Source: Bacteroidota bacterium (GTDB lineage: Bacteria; Bacteroidota; Bacteroidia; Bacteroidales; ML635J-15). From it: DNA of 51,984 bases. The notes under the pieces are model-generated. The model ran no database searches. It worked only from the letters and a program-made list of their open reading frames with translations, and was not told the DNA's origin. The translations under genes and the position numbers were made by a program. The DNA lies in contig JAYENB010000007.1 in assembly GCA_034721855.1 (NCBI GenBank), positions 38,688-90,671 of the forward strand, written 5' to 3'. Positions 16,221-27,100 of this stretch are shown here, piece by piece (position 1 is the first letter of the stretch; every line of letters starts with the position of its first letter).

Positions 16221-16652
16221 ATGGTAAAGAAGGAAGACATTAAGAGCCTGGCATGCAAAGCTTTGGAGTATGATGAATTTCTGGTTGACTGCAAAATCAG
16301 CAAGTCTAACGAGATTACTGTATATGTAGATGGTTTTCAAAAATTTAGCATTGATGATTGCCGGAGGATAAGCAAAGCCATAGAAGCGGGGCTGGATAGA
16401 AAAAAAGAGGATTTTGAATTGACAGTATCAACACCTGGCCTTGATAAACCATTCAAAGTAAGGGAGCAATACAATAAGTATTTGGGTAAAAAAGTAGAAT
16501 TGATTCTAAAAAACAGCAAAAAATTAATTGCAGATTTGCAACGCGTTGATGATGATGGCATACAGATTGCATATCGAAAGAATAAAAAGCAAGTTCAGGA
16601 ACACATGATATATGATGAAATCAGTAAAACAAAACCTTGTATTAATTTTTAG
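16221..16652 (+). CDS. rimP: ribosome maturation factor RimP
   Basis: 143-aa ORF immediately upstream of nusA. The sequence is RimP-like, and the rimP-nusA-infB synteny is conserved. Confidence 0.85.
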   Translation: MVKKEDIKSLACKALEYDEFLVDCKISKSNEITVYVDGFQKFSIDDCRRISKAIEAGLDRKKEDFELTVSTPGLDKPFKVREQYNKYLGKKVELILKNSKKLIADLQRVDDDGIQIAYRKNKKQVQEHMIYDEISKTKPCINF

Positions 16653-16665
16653 TAAAAGTTGAAGT

Positions 16666-17898
16666 ATGGCACAGATGAATTTAATAGACACGTTTTCAGA
16701 GTTCAAGGAACTGAAAAATATTGACAGGCCTACCATGATGAGTGTACTCGAAGATGTCTTCAGGGCTACACTGTTGAAAATTCACGGAACGGATGAAAAT
16801 TATGATATTATTATTAATGTTGATAAAGGGGATTTTGAGATTTGGAGAAACAGAGAGGTAGTCGCAGACGAAGATTTTGAAGATACAAACACCCAGATAC
16901 CATTGTCCGAAGCAAGAAAGATTGAAGACGATTACGAAATAGGCGAAGACGTTACCGATGAAGTCAAAATGGAGGAATTTGGACGTCGTGCTATTCTTTC
17001 ATTGAGACAAAATTTGTCAAACAAAATTCTAGAACTCGAAAGAGACAGTATTTACAATAAATACAAAGAACGGCTTGATGAAATTGTAACCGGGGAAGTG
17101 TATCAGATTTGGAAAAAAGAAATTCTTGTTTTGGATGATGAGGGCAACGAATTGATACTTCCACGTGAAAATCAAATCCCATCAGACTTTTTCAGAAAAG
17201 GCGACACGTTGCGTGCTGTGGTATCCAGAGTAGAAATGAGAAATGGTAATCCGTTGATCATCATATCAAGAACATCTACTGTTTTTCTTGAACGGCTTTT
17301 TGAACTGGAAGTGCCTGAAATATTTGATGGGTTGATCACCATTCAAAAAATTGCCCGTATACCCGGCGAACGAGCCAAAGTTGCTGTGGAGTCTTATGAT
17401 GACAGGGTGGATCCTGTAGGAGCTTGTGTGGGAATGAAAGGAAGCCGTATCCATGGTATTGTCAGGGAATTAAGAAACGAGAACATTGATGTTATCAATT
17501 ATACAAGCAACATTCAACTGTTTATTCAACGTGCTCTGAGTCCGGCTAAAGTAAATAATGTCGCCTTAAAAGACGACTTTCGGGCTGATGTGTATCTTGA
17601 TCCGGATCAGGTGTCCCTGGCCATCGGTAAAAATGGTTACAACATCAAACTTGCCAGCCAACTAACCGGTTATGAAATTGATGTGTACAGGGAAGTTGGT
17701 GAAGATGAAGAAGATGTGGATATTGTCGAGTTCAGTGATGAAATTGATGAATGGGTGATTACCCAACTGAAATCTATTGGCCTCGACACAGCAAAAGCTG
17801 TGCTGGAACTCTCACGTGATGATTTGTTGAGCAGAACCGATTTGGAAGAAGAAACGGTGGACAATGTATTAAAAGTATTAAAATCAGAATTTGAATAA
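16666..17898 (+). CDS. nusA: transcription termination/antitermination factor NusA
   Basis: 410 aa with an S1-like segment and two KH motifs (GACVGMKGSRI, IGKNGYNIKLA). Confidence 0.95.
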   Translation: MAQMNLIDTFSEFKELKNIDRPTMMSVLEDVFRATLLKIHGTDENYDIIINVDKGDFEIWRNREVVADEDFEDTNTQIPLSEARKIEDDYEIGEDVTDEVKMEEFGRRAILSLRQNLSNKILELERDSIYNKYKERLDEIVTGEVYQIWKKEILVLDDEGNELILPRENQIPSDFFRKGDTLRAVVSRVEMRNGNPLIIISRTSTVFLERLFELEVPEIFDGLITIQKIARIPGERAKVAVESYDDRVDPVGACVGMKGSRIHGIVRELRNENIDVINYTSNIQLFIQRALSPAKVNNVALKDDFRADVYLDPDQVSLAIGKNGYNIKLASQLTGYEIDVYREVGEDEEDVDIVEFSDEIDEWVITQLKSIGLDTAKAVLELSRDDLLSRTDLEEETVDNVLKVLKSEFE

Positions 17899-17941
17899 AT
17901 ACCGGTTTTTGCCGGATTAATTTGTGGATTAGAAACAACTT

Positions 17942-20905
17942 ATGGCAGCAAAACAGAAACGATTAATCAAAATTGCGAAAGAATTTAACATTGGACACAA
18001 TACCATTGTTGAATTTCTGGCCAAAAAAGGATTTGAAATTGAATCAAATCCCAACACCAAAGTTCCTCCGGAATGTTACGAACTTCTGGATAAGGAGTTT
18101 GGTGATCAGATTTCGGTAAAAGAGAAGTCGAAAGCTGTGTCACAGCAAATCAAAGACCGCCGTCAACAAAGGGCAGAGACCAAACATGATGAGGCGGCCT
18201 CCGCTGCTAATGAAAAATCTGTGCCTTCAGGGGATACAGAAGAAGATAAGGACATTTTTATCAAAGATAACGCTGCATCACCCAGTGAAAAAACACCTGA
18301 GGGTACTAAAAATACAGATAAAACAAAAGAAGAAACACCTGAGAAAAAAGATCATCCTGATGCTTCAGATAAAAAAGCTGAAAAATCCGACAGTGCTGCC
18401 GAAAAGGATACTGCAACATCTGAATCTGAAGAGGACGAATCCCAAAAAGATGATAACCCAAAAGTAATCCGGAAAATTGATTTGGATAAAGTTAATCAAA
18501 AAACCCGGCCTGACAAGAAAAGCAAAAAGAAGAAAGAGGAAGAAAAAGAAGAAGAAAAGCGGGAAAAACAAAAGGCCAAAAAACCTGAAGATAAGCAAGC
18601 CGAAACGCCTGAAAAAAATCAACCTGCTGAAACAAAAGAGGAAAAGCTTGATGATAAACCAGAAGAAAAGGGAAAAACTGAACCCAAATCACCTGAGATT
18701 TTCAAAAAAACAGAAGTTGAAAAACTGGATGGGCCCAAGGTTGTAGGCAAGATTAATATTGAAAACTTCCTTGAAAAAGAGAAGGAACTGGAACGAAAAC
18801 GGAAAAAAGAAAAAGAAGCGTTTAAAGCTGAACGAAAGAAAAAAGCTGCCAAAAAGAAAAAAAGAAAGCGGATAAAAAAAGAAAAAGTTTCTGTTAAAGA
18901 TAAAGTTAAAACACAAGGCAGAGACAGGGATAAAGGCAAGCCCTTTCCTAAGAAGAAAAAGACGAGGTCTAAAGCCAAAGACAGCAGAGCAGAAATTACC
19001 GAAGAAGATGTGCAGAAACAAATTAAGAACACCCTCGCCAGGATGGAAACCAAAAAGCAGAAATCAAAAACTGCAAAATACCGCCGCGACAAGAGGGATG
19101 CTGTTTACAAAAAGAAAGAAGAAGAAAAACAAAAAGACGAAGAAAGCAAAAATATCCTTCAGGTCAATGAGTTTGCATCGGTCAATGAGCTGGCCAGCAT
19201 GATGGATAAACCTGTTACCGAAATCATTGCTACCTGTATGAACATCGGACTTAACGTGTCAATTAATCAAAGGTTAGATGCTGAAACTATGACGCTTGTG
19301 GCTGATGAGTTTGGGTATGATGTCGAATTTGTAAGTGCCGATGACCTTTTGGAAGAAAAAGAAGAAATAGAAGAGGCACCTGAAGATTTGGAACCCAGAG
19401 CTCCCATCATTACTGTCATGGGACATGTGGATCACGGAAAGACAAAACTGCTTGATTACATTCGCCATACCAATGTTGTTGCCGGAGAGGCCGGTAAAAT
19501 CACACAACACATAGGCGCTTATTCTGTAGAACTGGATAATGACAAAATCATTACTTTCCTTGACACTCCCGGTCATGAAGCATTTACTGCTATGCGTGCA
19601 AGGGGAGCTCAGGTAACTGATCTGGCCATCATTGTTATTGCTGCCGATGATAGTGTTATGCCTCAAACCATTGAAGCTATTAACCATGCTTCTGCTGCCG
19701 GTGTTCCAATGGTATTCGCCATTAACAAGGTGGATAAGCCAACTGCTGATCCTGAAAAGATCAAAGAAAAACTTGCCAACATGAATTACCTTGTTGAAGA
19801 TTGGGGTGGTAAGTATCAGTCCCAGGATCTTTCAGCACTGAAAGGTACCAACGTGGACGATCTGCTCGAAAAAGTCTTGCTCGAAGCTGAATTACTGGAA
19901 TTGAAAGCCAACCCAAACTGTCCGGCTGAAGGAACCATTATTGAATCCAGCCTTGATAAAGGCCGTGGATATGTTTCAACAATGCTTGTTCAGAGAGGAA
20001 CATTGAAAAAAGGAGATATTGTGCTTGCAGGTCAATGTTATGGCAGGGTAAAAGCCATGTTTAATGAACGTCAAAAGCCCATTAAGGATACGGGGCCTGC
20101 TACACCTGCTGTGGTGCTTGGTCTTAACGGAGCCCCCCAGGCCGGAGATACCTTTAAAGTGATGGAAAGCGACAGCGAAGCCAAAAACATCGCACAAAGA
20201 AGACAGCAACTGGCTAGAGAACAATCGCTGCGTACACAAAAACACATTACTCTCGATGAAATCGGACGCCGTTTGGCATTGGGTAATTTCCAGGAAATCA
20301 ATGTGGTTGTCAAAGGAGATGTTGATGGTTCCATTGAAGCAATGGCAGATTCCATGATTAAATTGTCCACCGAAGAACTACAGGTCAATGTCATCCATAA
20401 AGCAGTAGGGCAAATCACAGAAACAGATGTTATGCTTGCATCTGCATCCAATGCTGTTATCATCGGATTCCAGGTTCGTCCTTCAGTCGGAGCCCGCAAA
20501 CTAGCCGAAAAAGAAGAGATTGAAATTCGCCTGTATTCTATTATTTATGATGCCATCAACGATATGAAAGATGCCATGGAAGGCATGCTTTCGCCTAAAA
20601 TCAAAGAAAAAATTACCGGTACTGCCGAAGTCAAAGAGGTCTTTAAAATAACCAAAGTTGGCACCGTAGCAGGTTGTAAAGTAGTGGACGGGAAAATTTA
20701 CAGAAACAACAAAGCTCGGGTCATCCGTGATGGCATTGTTGTTTATACCGGAGAACTGGAATCATTGAAACGGTTTAAAAATGACGTCAAAGAAGTGGCT
20801 TCAGGTTATGAATGTGGTTTAAATGTTGAAAATTTCAATGATGTCAAAGTTGGTGATGTCATCGAATCGTTTGAAGAAGTGGAAGTGAAACAGACATTGA
20901 AATAA
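17942..20905 (+). CDS. infB: translation initiation factor IF-2
   Basis: 987 aa with a K/E-rich N-terminal region and GTPase motifs [13 protein letters not shown] and NKVD. Confidence 0.97.
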   Translation: MAAKQKRLIKIAKEFNIGHNTIVEFLAKKGFEIESNPNTKVPPECYELLDKEFGDQISVKEKSKAVSQQIKDRRQQRAETKHDEAASAANEKSVPSGDTEEDKDIFIKDNAASPSEKTPEGTKNTDKTKEETPEKKDHPDASDKKAEKSDSAAEKDTATSESEEDESQKDDNPKVIRKIDLDKVNQKTRPDKKSKKKKEEEKEEEKREKQKAKKPEDKQAETPEKNQPAETKEEKLDDKPEEKGKTEPKSPEIFKKTEVEKLDGPKVVGKINIENFLEKEKELERKRKKEKEAFKAERKKKAAKKKKRKRIKKEKVSVKDKVKTQGRDRDKGKPFPKKKKTRSKAKDSRAEITEEDVQKQIKNTLARMETKKQKSKTAKYRRDKRDAVYKKKEEEKQKDEESKNILQVNEFASVNELASMMDKPVTEIIATCMNIGLNVSINQRLDAETMTLVADEFGYDVEFVSADDLLEEKEEIEEAPEDLEPRAPIITVMGHVDHGKTKLLDYIRHTNVVAGEAGKITQHIGAYSVELDNDKIITFLDTPGHEAFTAMRARGAQVTDLAIIVIAADDSVMPQTIEAINHASAAGVPMVFAINKVDKPTADPEKIKEKLANMNYLVEDWGGKYQSQDLSALKGTNVDDLLEKVLLEAELLELKANPNCPAEGTIIESSLDKGRGYVSTMLVQRGTLKKGDIVLAGQCYGRVKAMFNERQKPIKDTGPATPAVVLGLNGAPQAGDTFKVMESDSEAKNIAQRRQQLAREQSLRTQKHITLDEIGRRLALGNFQEINVVVKGDVDGSIEAMADSMIKLSTEELQVNVIHKAVGQITETDVMLASASNAVIIGFQVRPSVGARKLAEKEEIEIRLYSIIYDAINDMKDAMEGMLSPKIKEKITGTAEVKEVFKITKVGTVAGCKVVDGKIYRNNKARVIRDGIVVYTGELESLKRFKNDVKEVASGYECGLNVENFNDVKVGDVIESFEEVEVKQTLK

Positions 20906-20909
20906 GTTC

Positions 20910-22178
20910 ATGAAAAAATACCGGTGGATATTAATAGTAAGTGCCTTTGTTGCGTTGATAGGTATAGTGACTGTGCTTATTATCAACCAATCCAACCTGC
21001 AGGAACCCCCCCCGGAAGCAGAAGAAACACAAGAGCCATATGTTGAACCTGTAACTAAATATGGTATCCCCGTGGATTCTTTTACCATCGTGTATGATAC
21101 TGTCAGCCGGGGCAACACCCTTTCCGATTTGCTCACACCATATCATGTAAACCTCGCTACCATTGACAAAATTGGGAAAATGTCAACTGATTCGTTTCGC
21201 ATTGACAGAATTAAAGCAGGCCAGCCATACGCTGTGTTCTGTAAGGAAGATTCAGCATCTGAATTGATTGCAAGTTACCTTGTTTATGAGAACAATGGCA
21301 TTGATTATACGGTGTATGATTTTTCTGATTCAGTCTTTGTTGCAAAAGACAAAAAACCGGTTGAATACGTGGAAAGAGAAGTATGCGGAGACATCAATTC
21401 TTCATTGTGGATAGCGTTAAAAAATCAGGATGTTAATCCATTGCTTGCCCTTGAAATGGCAGATATTTACAGTTGGAGCATTGATTTTTTTGGCCTCAAA
21501 AAAGGCGATACATTTAAAATGATTTATGAAGTAGCACGGGTTGACAGTTGTGACCTTTATATCGAAGGCATCAAAGCAGGTTTCATGAAACATGCAGGTG
21601 AAGATTTTTGGGCCATCCCGTTTGAGCGCAACGACCAACTGGATTTTTATGAACTGGATGGCGCCAGTTTACGTAAAACCTTTTTAAAAGCTCCCCTCAG
21701 ATACAACCGGATTAGCTCCAGGTTTACCAACAGCCGTATGCATCCGGTGCTGAAATATCGCCGTCCACACCGTGCTGTTGATTACGCTGCGCCCACAGGA
21801 ACACCCATCAGAACCATTGGTGATGGTATAATCACTTTACGTAAATATGGTTCGGGTGCGGGCTATTACATCAAAGTAAAACACAATTCGGTTTATACTA
21901 CCGTATATATGCACATGTCAAGGTATGGTAAATACCAGACAGGGCAACGGGTAAAACAGGGTGATATTATTGGCTACGTTGGAAGTACCGGTTTATCAAC
22001 AGGCCCTCATCTGCATTTTGAAGTGCATAAACACGGCCAGCAAATCAATCCGCTCACCCTGGAATCCCCCCCGGCCGATCCCGTTCCGGATAGCCTGATG
22101 GATGAATTCAATGAAGTGAAAGTAAAATGGATTGAAAGAATTGATGCTATTCCCTGTGATACCACAACGGTTAGTTAG
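20910..22178 (+). CDS. M23 family metallopeptidase (membrane-anchored)
   Basis: N-terminal TM helix. HRAVDYAAPTGTPI and GSTGLSTGPHLHFEV match the HxxxD...HxH motifs. Confidence 0.9.
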   Translation: MKKYRWILIVSAFVALIGIVTVLIINQSNLQEPPPEAEETQEPYVEPVTKYGIPVDSFTIVYDTVSRGNTLSDLLTPYHVNLATIDKIGKMSTDSFRIDRIKAGQPYAVFCKEDSASELIASYLVYENNGIDYTVYDFSDSVFVAKDKKPVEYVEREVCGDINSSLWIALKNQDVNPLLALEMADIYSWSIDFFGLKKGDTFKMIYEVARVDSCDLYIEGIKAGFMKHAGEDFWAIPFERNDQLDFYELDGASLRKTFLKAPLRYNRISSRFTNSRMHPVLKYRRPHRAVDYAAPTGTPIRTIGDGIITLRKYGSGAGYYIKVKHNSVYTTVYMHMSRYGKYQTGQRVKQGDIIGYVGSTGLSTGPHLHFEVHKHGQQINPLTLESPPADPVPDSLMDEFNEVKVKWIERIDAIPCDTTTVS

Positions 22179-22480
22179 TGTCTGTCCATAATGTCCGATT
22201 TACTCACAATTTTTTTTATTTAAGCGGTGTTCGTGATATCGCTTCGCTAAATTCTGCGTTACGCTCGTATTTATAACAGTCATTTACGAAAGTAAACTGA
22301 CTTCGTCTTCTTTCTCCTTGCAAGGCATAGTCAAAGCAACCCTTCGACTTCGCTCAGGGTGGCAGCTTTGCCTCTGCCCTTGCTTCGTTCGTCAGTTCCG
22401 GTATTTTCAGACTTCGCAAGCCTTACCAGCGAACTTTATAGACAGACTCTCAAAAATAGGAGGACATTATAGACGGACAC
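22178..22480. mobile_element. 303-bp MITE with 19-bp terminal inverted repeats and a 6-bp TAGTTA target-site duplication
   Basis: The left TIR is GTGTCTGTCCATAATGTCC (22178-22196). The right TIR (reverse complement of 22462-22480) is GTGTCCGTCTATAATGTCC, giving 17/19. TAGTTA lies at 22172-22177 and 22481-22486. No ORF is present. Confidence 0.8.
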
Positions 22481-22610
22481 TAGTTAAGTTTTTTTAATTT
22501 TAGCATTGACTAGTAGTTCGTTCTTTAATTAACATAACTTGTCCGGCAAAGACGGATTAAGAAACGCTATAATAGTTAACAGTATTGCTATAAATTAAAT
22601 TATTTCTGTT

Positions 22611-22618
22611 TATCTTTG
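22611..22618 (+). promoter_or_regulatory. -7 box TATCTTTG
   Basis: 7 nt upstream of the ATG at 22626, which implies a near-leaderless mRNA. Confidence 0.4.
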
Positions 22619-22625
22619 TGCTTTC

Positions 22626-23804
22626 ATGAAAACCCTGTTTCATAAACACAATACAGCGTATTTGGTGGTTATCACTTTGATAATTGCTTATGTTGTTTAC
22701 TGGATTGCCTTTGATTTTATGCGATGGGATACCTTCGATGAACCAAGTTTTATCGGTGGGGCACGCTTGATTTTCGGTCTGGAAGGGGCTTTTGATTTTC
22801 AGTCCAGGGTAACAAAACCACTGGTGCTTTTACTTCCCGGTTTCATGGAATGGGCTTTCAACATCCACCCCAAAATTACTTTTATCCTGCAAAACAGCGT
22901 GTTGTTTTTTCTTACAGGCTGGTTTATGTATAAAAGCCTTTGGTTAATTTACAGGGAAAAGCAACTCGCCTTTCTCGGTTTTTTGGCCTTTATCATGTGT
23001 CAGTCTTATGCGATCTATGCACTTATGGTACTATCTGATGTCGCCGGGTGGTTTTTTATTGTAATTGGGATTTACCTCAGCCTTAAATACGTCAGCAGCA
23101 CAAACAAAAGCCGGAGGGGGATAATCATTGCTTTACTGATGGCCCTGGGAGTATTTGCGAAAGAAAGCGCTGTGATTGGCATGATATTTTTTCTTTCCAT
23201 CCTAATGACAGAAAACAATGCATTTAAACACAAGATGAAAAATGTGTTTGCTTATGGACTCATTTTTATTATTTGCACCGCCGCAATTTTTGCAGCAGTG
23301 CAATTGCAATTTGGCGACAACATTGTCGCTCGCGTTCATGAAACCCACCTGGCAACAAAAAACGACAGCTTTCATATTTCCAAACTGTGGCAATTGTACA
23401 GTGTTTTAGATGTTTTCTGGATGCTGTTTTTTGCCGGCGTTTTATGGTTCCTCCGTAGCCGTAAAAAAATCAAAAACAGATTTACTGCCGCAGGTCTGAT
23501 TGCTTTATTAATAAGTACAGGATTGCTCCTGTTAATGCCATATTTTGTTGACAGGATATTATTTATAATAGCTCCATTATTGATTATCATCGTCACATAC
23601 GGACTCAGTCTGTTTTCAAAAACATCCAGAATAATTCTTGTATTATGTGGAGGAACAATCAATATACTGATTGCATGGCTAAGATACAGACACCATATAC
23701 CCGTAATTGAATATGGCATGCTTTTGTATGGATTGTTGATTGCATCTCTGGCAATACTTCCCGTCAACAGGAAACATATTTTATCCATGTTAGCAAGGAC
23801 ATAA
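22626..23804 (+). CDS. polytopic membrane protein, GT-C (ArnT/PMT-like) glycosyltransferase fold candidate
   Basis: 392 aa with about 10 hydrophobic segments. There is an acidic motif (WDTFDEPSF) in the first loop. The function call is tentative. Confidence 0.6.
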   Translation: MKTLFHKHNTAYLVVITLIIAYVVYWIAFDFMRWDTFDEPSFIGGARLIFGLEGAFDFQSRVTKPLVLLLPGFMEWAFNIHPKITFILQNSVLFFLTGWFMYKSLWLIYREKQLAFLGFLAFIMCQSYAIYALMVLSDVAGWFFIVIGIYLSLKYVSSTNKSRRGIIIALLMALGVFAKESAVIGMIFFLSILMTENNAFKHKMKNVFAYGLIFIICTAAIFAAVQLQFGDNIVARVHETHLATKNDSFHISKLWQLYSVLDVFWMLFFAGVLWFLRSRKKIKNRFTAAGLIALLISTGLLLLMPYFVDRILFIIAPLLIIIVTYGLSLFSKTSRIILVLCGGTINILIAWLRYRHHIPVIEYGMLLYGLLIASLAILPVNRKHILSMLART

Positions 23805-23939
23805 CATAGTGGGCTTAATGGACAAAAAGTAGGCTATAATTAAGATATTTAATTACTAATATTAAATATATTTATTTTAATTTTGATATTCTTGAACAAT
23901 CTGTATTTCAGTATAATGCCGATTGATGTTCAATATAAT

Positions 23940-24185
23940 TTTAGGAGCGGTAGCGAACTGAAATTTTGTGCCAACGAGGGCAGAGGCAAAGCTTACTTTG
24001 ACTATGCCGAGTGCAGCCAAACTTATGAAAATTACACAATTGAACACATATCGGTATCACTACTCACAACTCACCGATTACCGTGAATTTATCCGGCGTA
24101 ACGCAGTGGAGACGGACCGATCACCATCCCATCGCCAACTTGCCCTACCGATTACCGACCACTACTCACAACTTTCTTACCTAGT
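23940..24185. repeat. diverged MITE-core fragment plus mirror-arranged short repeats
   Basis: GGGCAGAGGCAAAGCT (23978-23993) and CTTTGACTATGCC (23996-24008) match the MITE core. CACTACTCACAAC occurs at 24058 and 24160, and ACCGATTACCG at 24073 and 24147, in A-B...B-A order. Confidence 0.65.
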
Positions 24186-24193
24186 ATAACCCA

Positions 24194-27100
24194 CTATCGC
24201 ATCAGGTACATTTTACCAATGTTTTTTTTGAAAAACTTGTCTGCTTCGTTGGAACGGTGTTCAATGCTTTCACCGGAAATTTCTGTTTTAATCCTGTAAA
24301 AATATACGCCGTTGGCCAATTGATCCCCGTACATGTCACGTCCGTTCCATGCATATTCGGTTATGTTCCTTCCAATATGAATGTGTCCAAGTTCGGATTT
24401 GTTAATTACTTTAACAAGCCTGCCTGTGACAGTATAAATTTCTATCCTGAATACATCGGGCACAACACTTCCGGTAAGTTCAAAAACAAACCGTGTGGAA
24501 GTGGAAAATGGATTTGGATAATTTAATACATGGGTAATGCTTGATTCAGTGATCACCTCAAATGAAATAACGTAATCGTAATCACCCGATTCATTGCCAG
24601 ATGCATCGGTTGCCTGTACACGCAGCTGATAAATTCCGTCTTTTGTGAATGTTGGTTCATACAATATTTTTGCTTTGTTGTCAGGCAATTCTGCCGGTAT
24701 AAATTGCAATACTTCATTGTCCATGCTGTCACGGAAGTAAATGCACTGTTCCGTTCCGGTTTGCATGTCAGTGAGATAAACCCTGAATAAACTTGTATCA
24801 GTGAGCGGTAGAAACGGATTTTCGTCTTTCAGGCTAATCAGTATCTCGGGTTTTGCTGAAACAATATCCCCATCAAGGATATGAATCCCGTCAAAAGTGA
24901 CATCCAGTACAGGATTGGCCTTGTCAGATTCGGCATAAAAATAGTATTGGGCAATGTTATTGAAATGATATTGCTCGGCCTGGTCGTAATTACCACCCTC
25001 CACGGCAGGGTTATATTCAATCCACACAGAATTTAAGCCGGTGAGTGCATGTGTATCAAAACTTACGGTATCAATAGCTACATGCCCCGAGGGATGTGGT
25101 GCCAACCTGTGTTCTTTTATTTGAGTAATTTGATTGCTATTGGTTTGCAGCCAATATTTTACCAGCAAACTGTCCATGTCATACGGGCTGATGTTCCTGG
25201 TAGCTAGGGCAAATTCCAATGTTTCTCCCTGTGTAATGCTGTCTCCTGATATGTAAAACCCGTCAGAAGGATTTATGGCTGTCTCGGGAACACCTTCAAA
25301 CATAAGTTGCCATTTTTTCAATTGCCCCGGGGTCAACGTACTGTCGTCTCGTGTCCAGAAATTCAGTTTTAGCAAGGGATGTTCTTCATAATCAATATAG
25401 CTGTTAAGGTTATACATGTCATAAGTTGGAGGATAAAGGGTATCAAACGGTTCGGTTGTGTTGGTTACCGGGTCATAAAATAAAATTTCAACCAGTGAAC
25501 TGTCGTTATTGACCTCATCAGCTTCCTGGTACCAGTGCAATGATTGCCATTGCTGTGCTGGTCCTGCCGGGGGACTTGTGATGGTGCCATATTTGAAGTC
25601 GGTGTACAGGTCAATTTCGAATTCAATCTCAGCATGTACGGTTTCCCCAATTCTTTCTTCTGCTGATCCGGGTTTTCCCTTCTCGCAGAAAAATATATAT
25701 GGTATCCAATTATCAAGGTTTCTGATATTGGCAGCACCAAGGTTTTCAAAACATTCATATTCTGATTCTGCCCAGTTTTCAAAATTCCCGTTGCGGAATG
25801 AATATGCAAGTATATAATATTCCTCCGGCACTTCGTTTATCATATCTATCATATTCTGGCGGTATCCATCACTGCCCGTAGGAAAAACAAAACCGCAAGT
25901 GGGATGGCTCAGGAGATGACATTGGGGATAATTGTAATGATCGTAATCGGCAATATCCGAAGACCATGCTTTCAGTGTTACCGGATCAATAACAGCTATA
26001 ATCATGGCACTTGTAGGTGTACATGAACCAGAAACCCCGCCAATGTTACTTATAGCCCCGTCAATGGTATAACGGATATGCTCATATAGTTCAGACCAGG
26101 GACTGCCGATGTTATAACATTTCAATTCTTTTGCTGTTTCGATGAAATCAAAGCGGCGCACTTCCCTGTTCAGATTCATAAAAACGTAATTATCTTTTTT
26201 AAACTGAAACGGATGTGCCTGTGACCAGCCGGTTTTTCCCGGTATATAAATAAAGGATGATTCTTTCCAGCTTATTGAATCCGGCACCGGATGATTGGCT
26301 GCCACACGCCAAAAATAAACGGTGGTATCGTTAAGTATGGCCGGGGTATCCCAGGTAATCACACCTCCTGATCCTGTTACCTGTCCGGAGTACATGGCTG
26401 TCCCCATGTTGCTGTTAAACAGATCGGTGGTATCCATTTCAAACAAAAATTCCGTTTCCCCGATGAAAGGATCTCCTGTCGAAGCTTTCAGGGTTACGGT
26501 ATTGTCAGGGTATATAGCGTATTCATAAGGATAAACCGGATATACTTTACCTGTTTTGATGAGGAATTGCAAACTGGCATCGTTGTTTGTTTCCGACAAC
26601 TCTTCTATCTGATCATAAGAATCTAAATAAACTGTGATTTTATTTAATCCCGGGCCTTTACTGTGATCAACCGGTATTTTTATCTGGAGGTTTTGATCGT
26701 AAAAACACCCTGCTACAGCTTTTTCATATTCATCAACGCTATAATCAGGATATTCCCTTGTAATCCGTACAAGAAAAGTATCTGCAAAAGCCTGCCCCTG
26801 ATTTGTCATATAAATATTAACGTTGAATGAATCCTGAACAGTGGTAATTTCCGGGGGGGTAAGTGTTATACCGCTGCTTTCCATAACCAGATCAGGCAGT
26901 TCAGTATAATTCAGTCGCAAAGCCGGATCACCATGAAAGGACATGTCATGACACGTGGTTTCCAAATACACATTGCTTAAATTGCCTTGCTGTGCCAACC
27001 GTATGGCTTCCTGTTGCTGCAATCCCAATGGTTCACCATAATTGAGATATGCAATGTTTTTGTACAGCTTGTCAGAATACTGATTAAGATATGGTGGATT

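Noticed and set aside
18186-19202. Multiple alternative-frame and antisense ORFs inside infB (for example 18186..18467, 18477..18746, 18619..19092)
   Set aside because: They are artefacts of the purine-rich K/E-coding N-terminal region of IF-2. Their products are poly-K/poly-F low-complexity sequences.
21006-22072. C8 (21006-21013) and C7 (22066-22072) homopolymers inside the M23 peptidase gene
   Set aside because: They encode Pro-Pro(-Pro) in an intact frame. Slippage is possible, but nothing in the sequence indicates phase variation.
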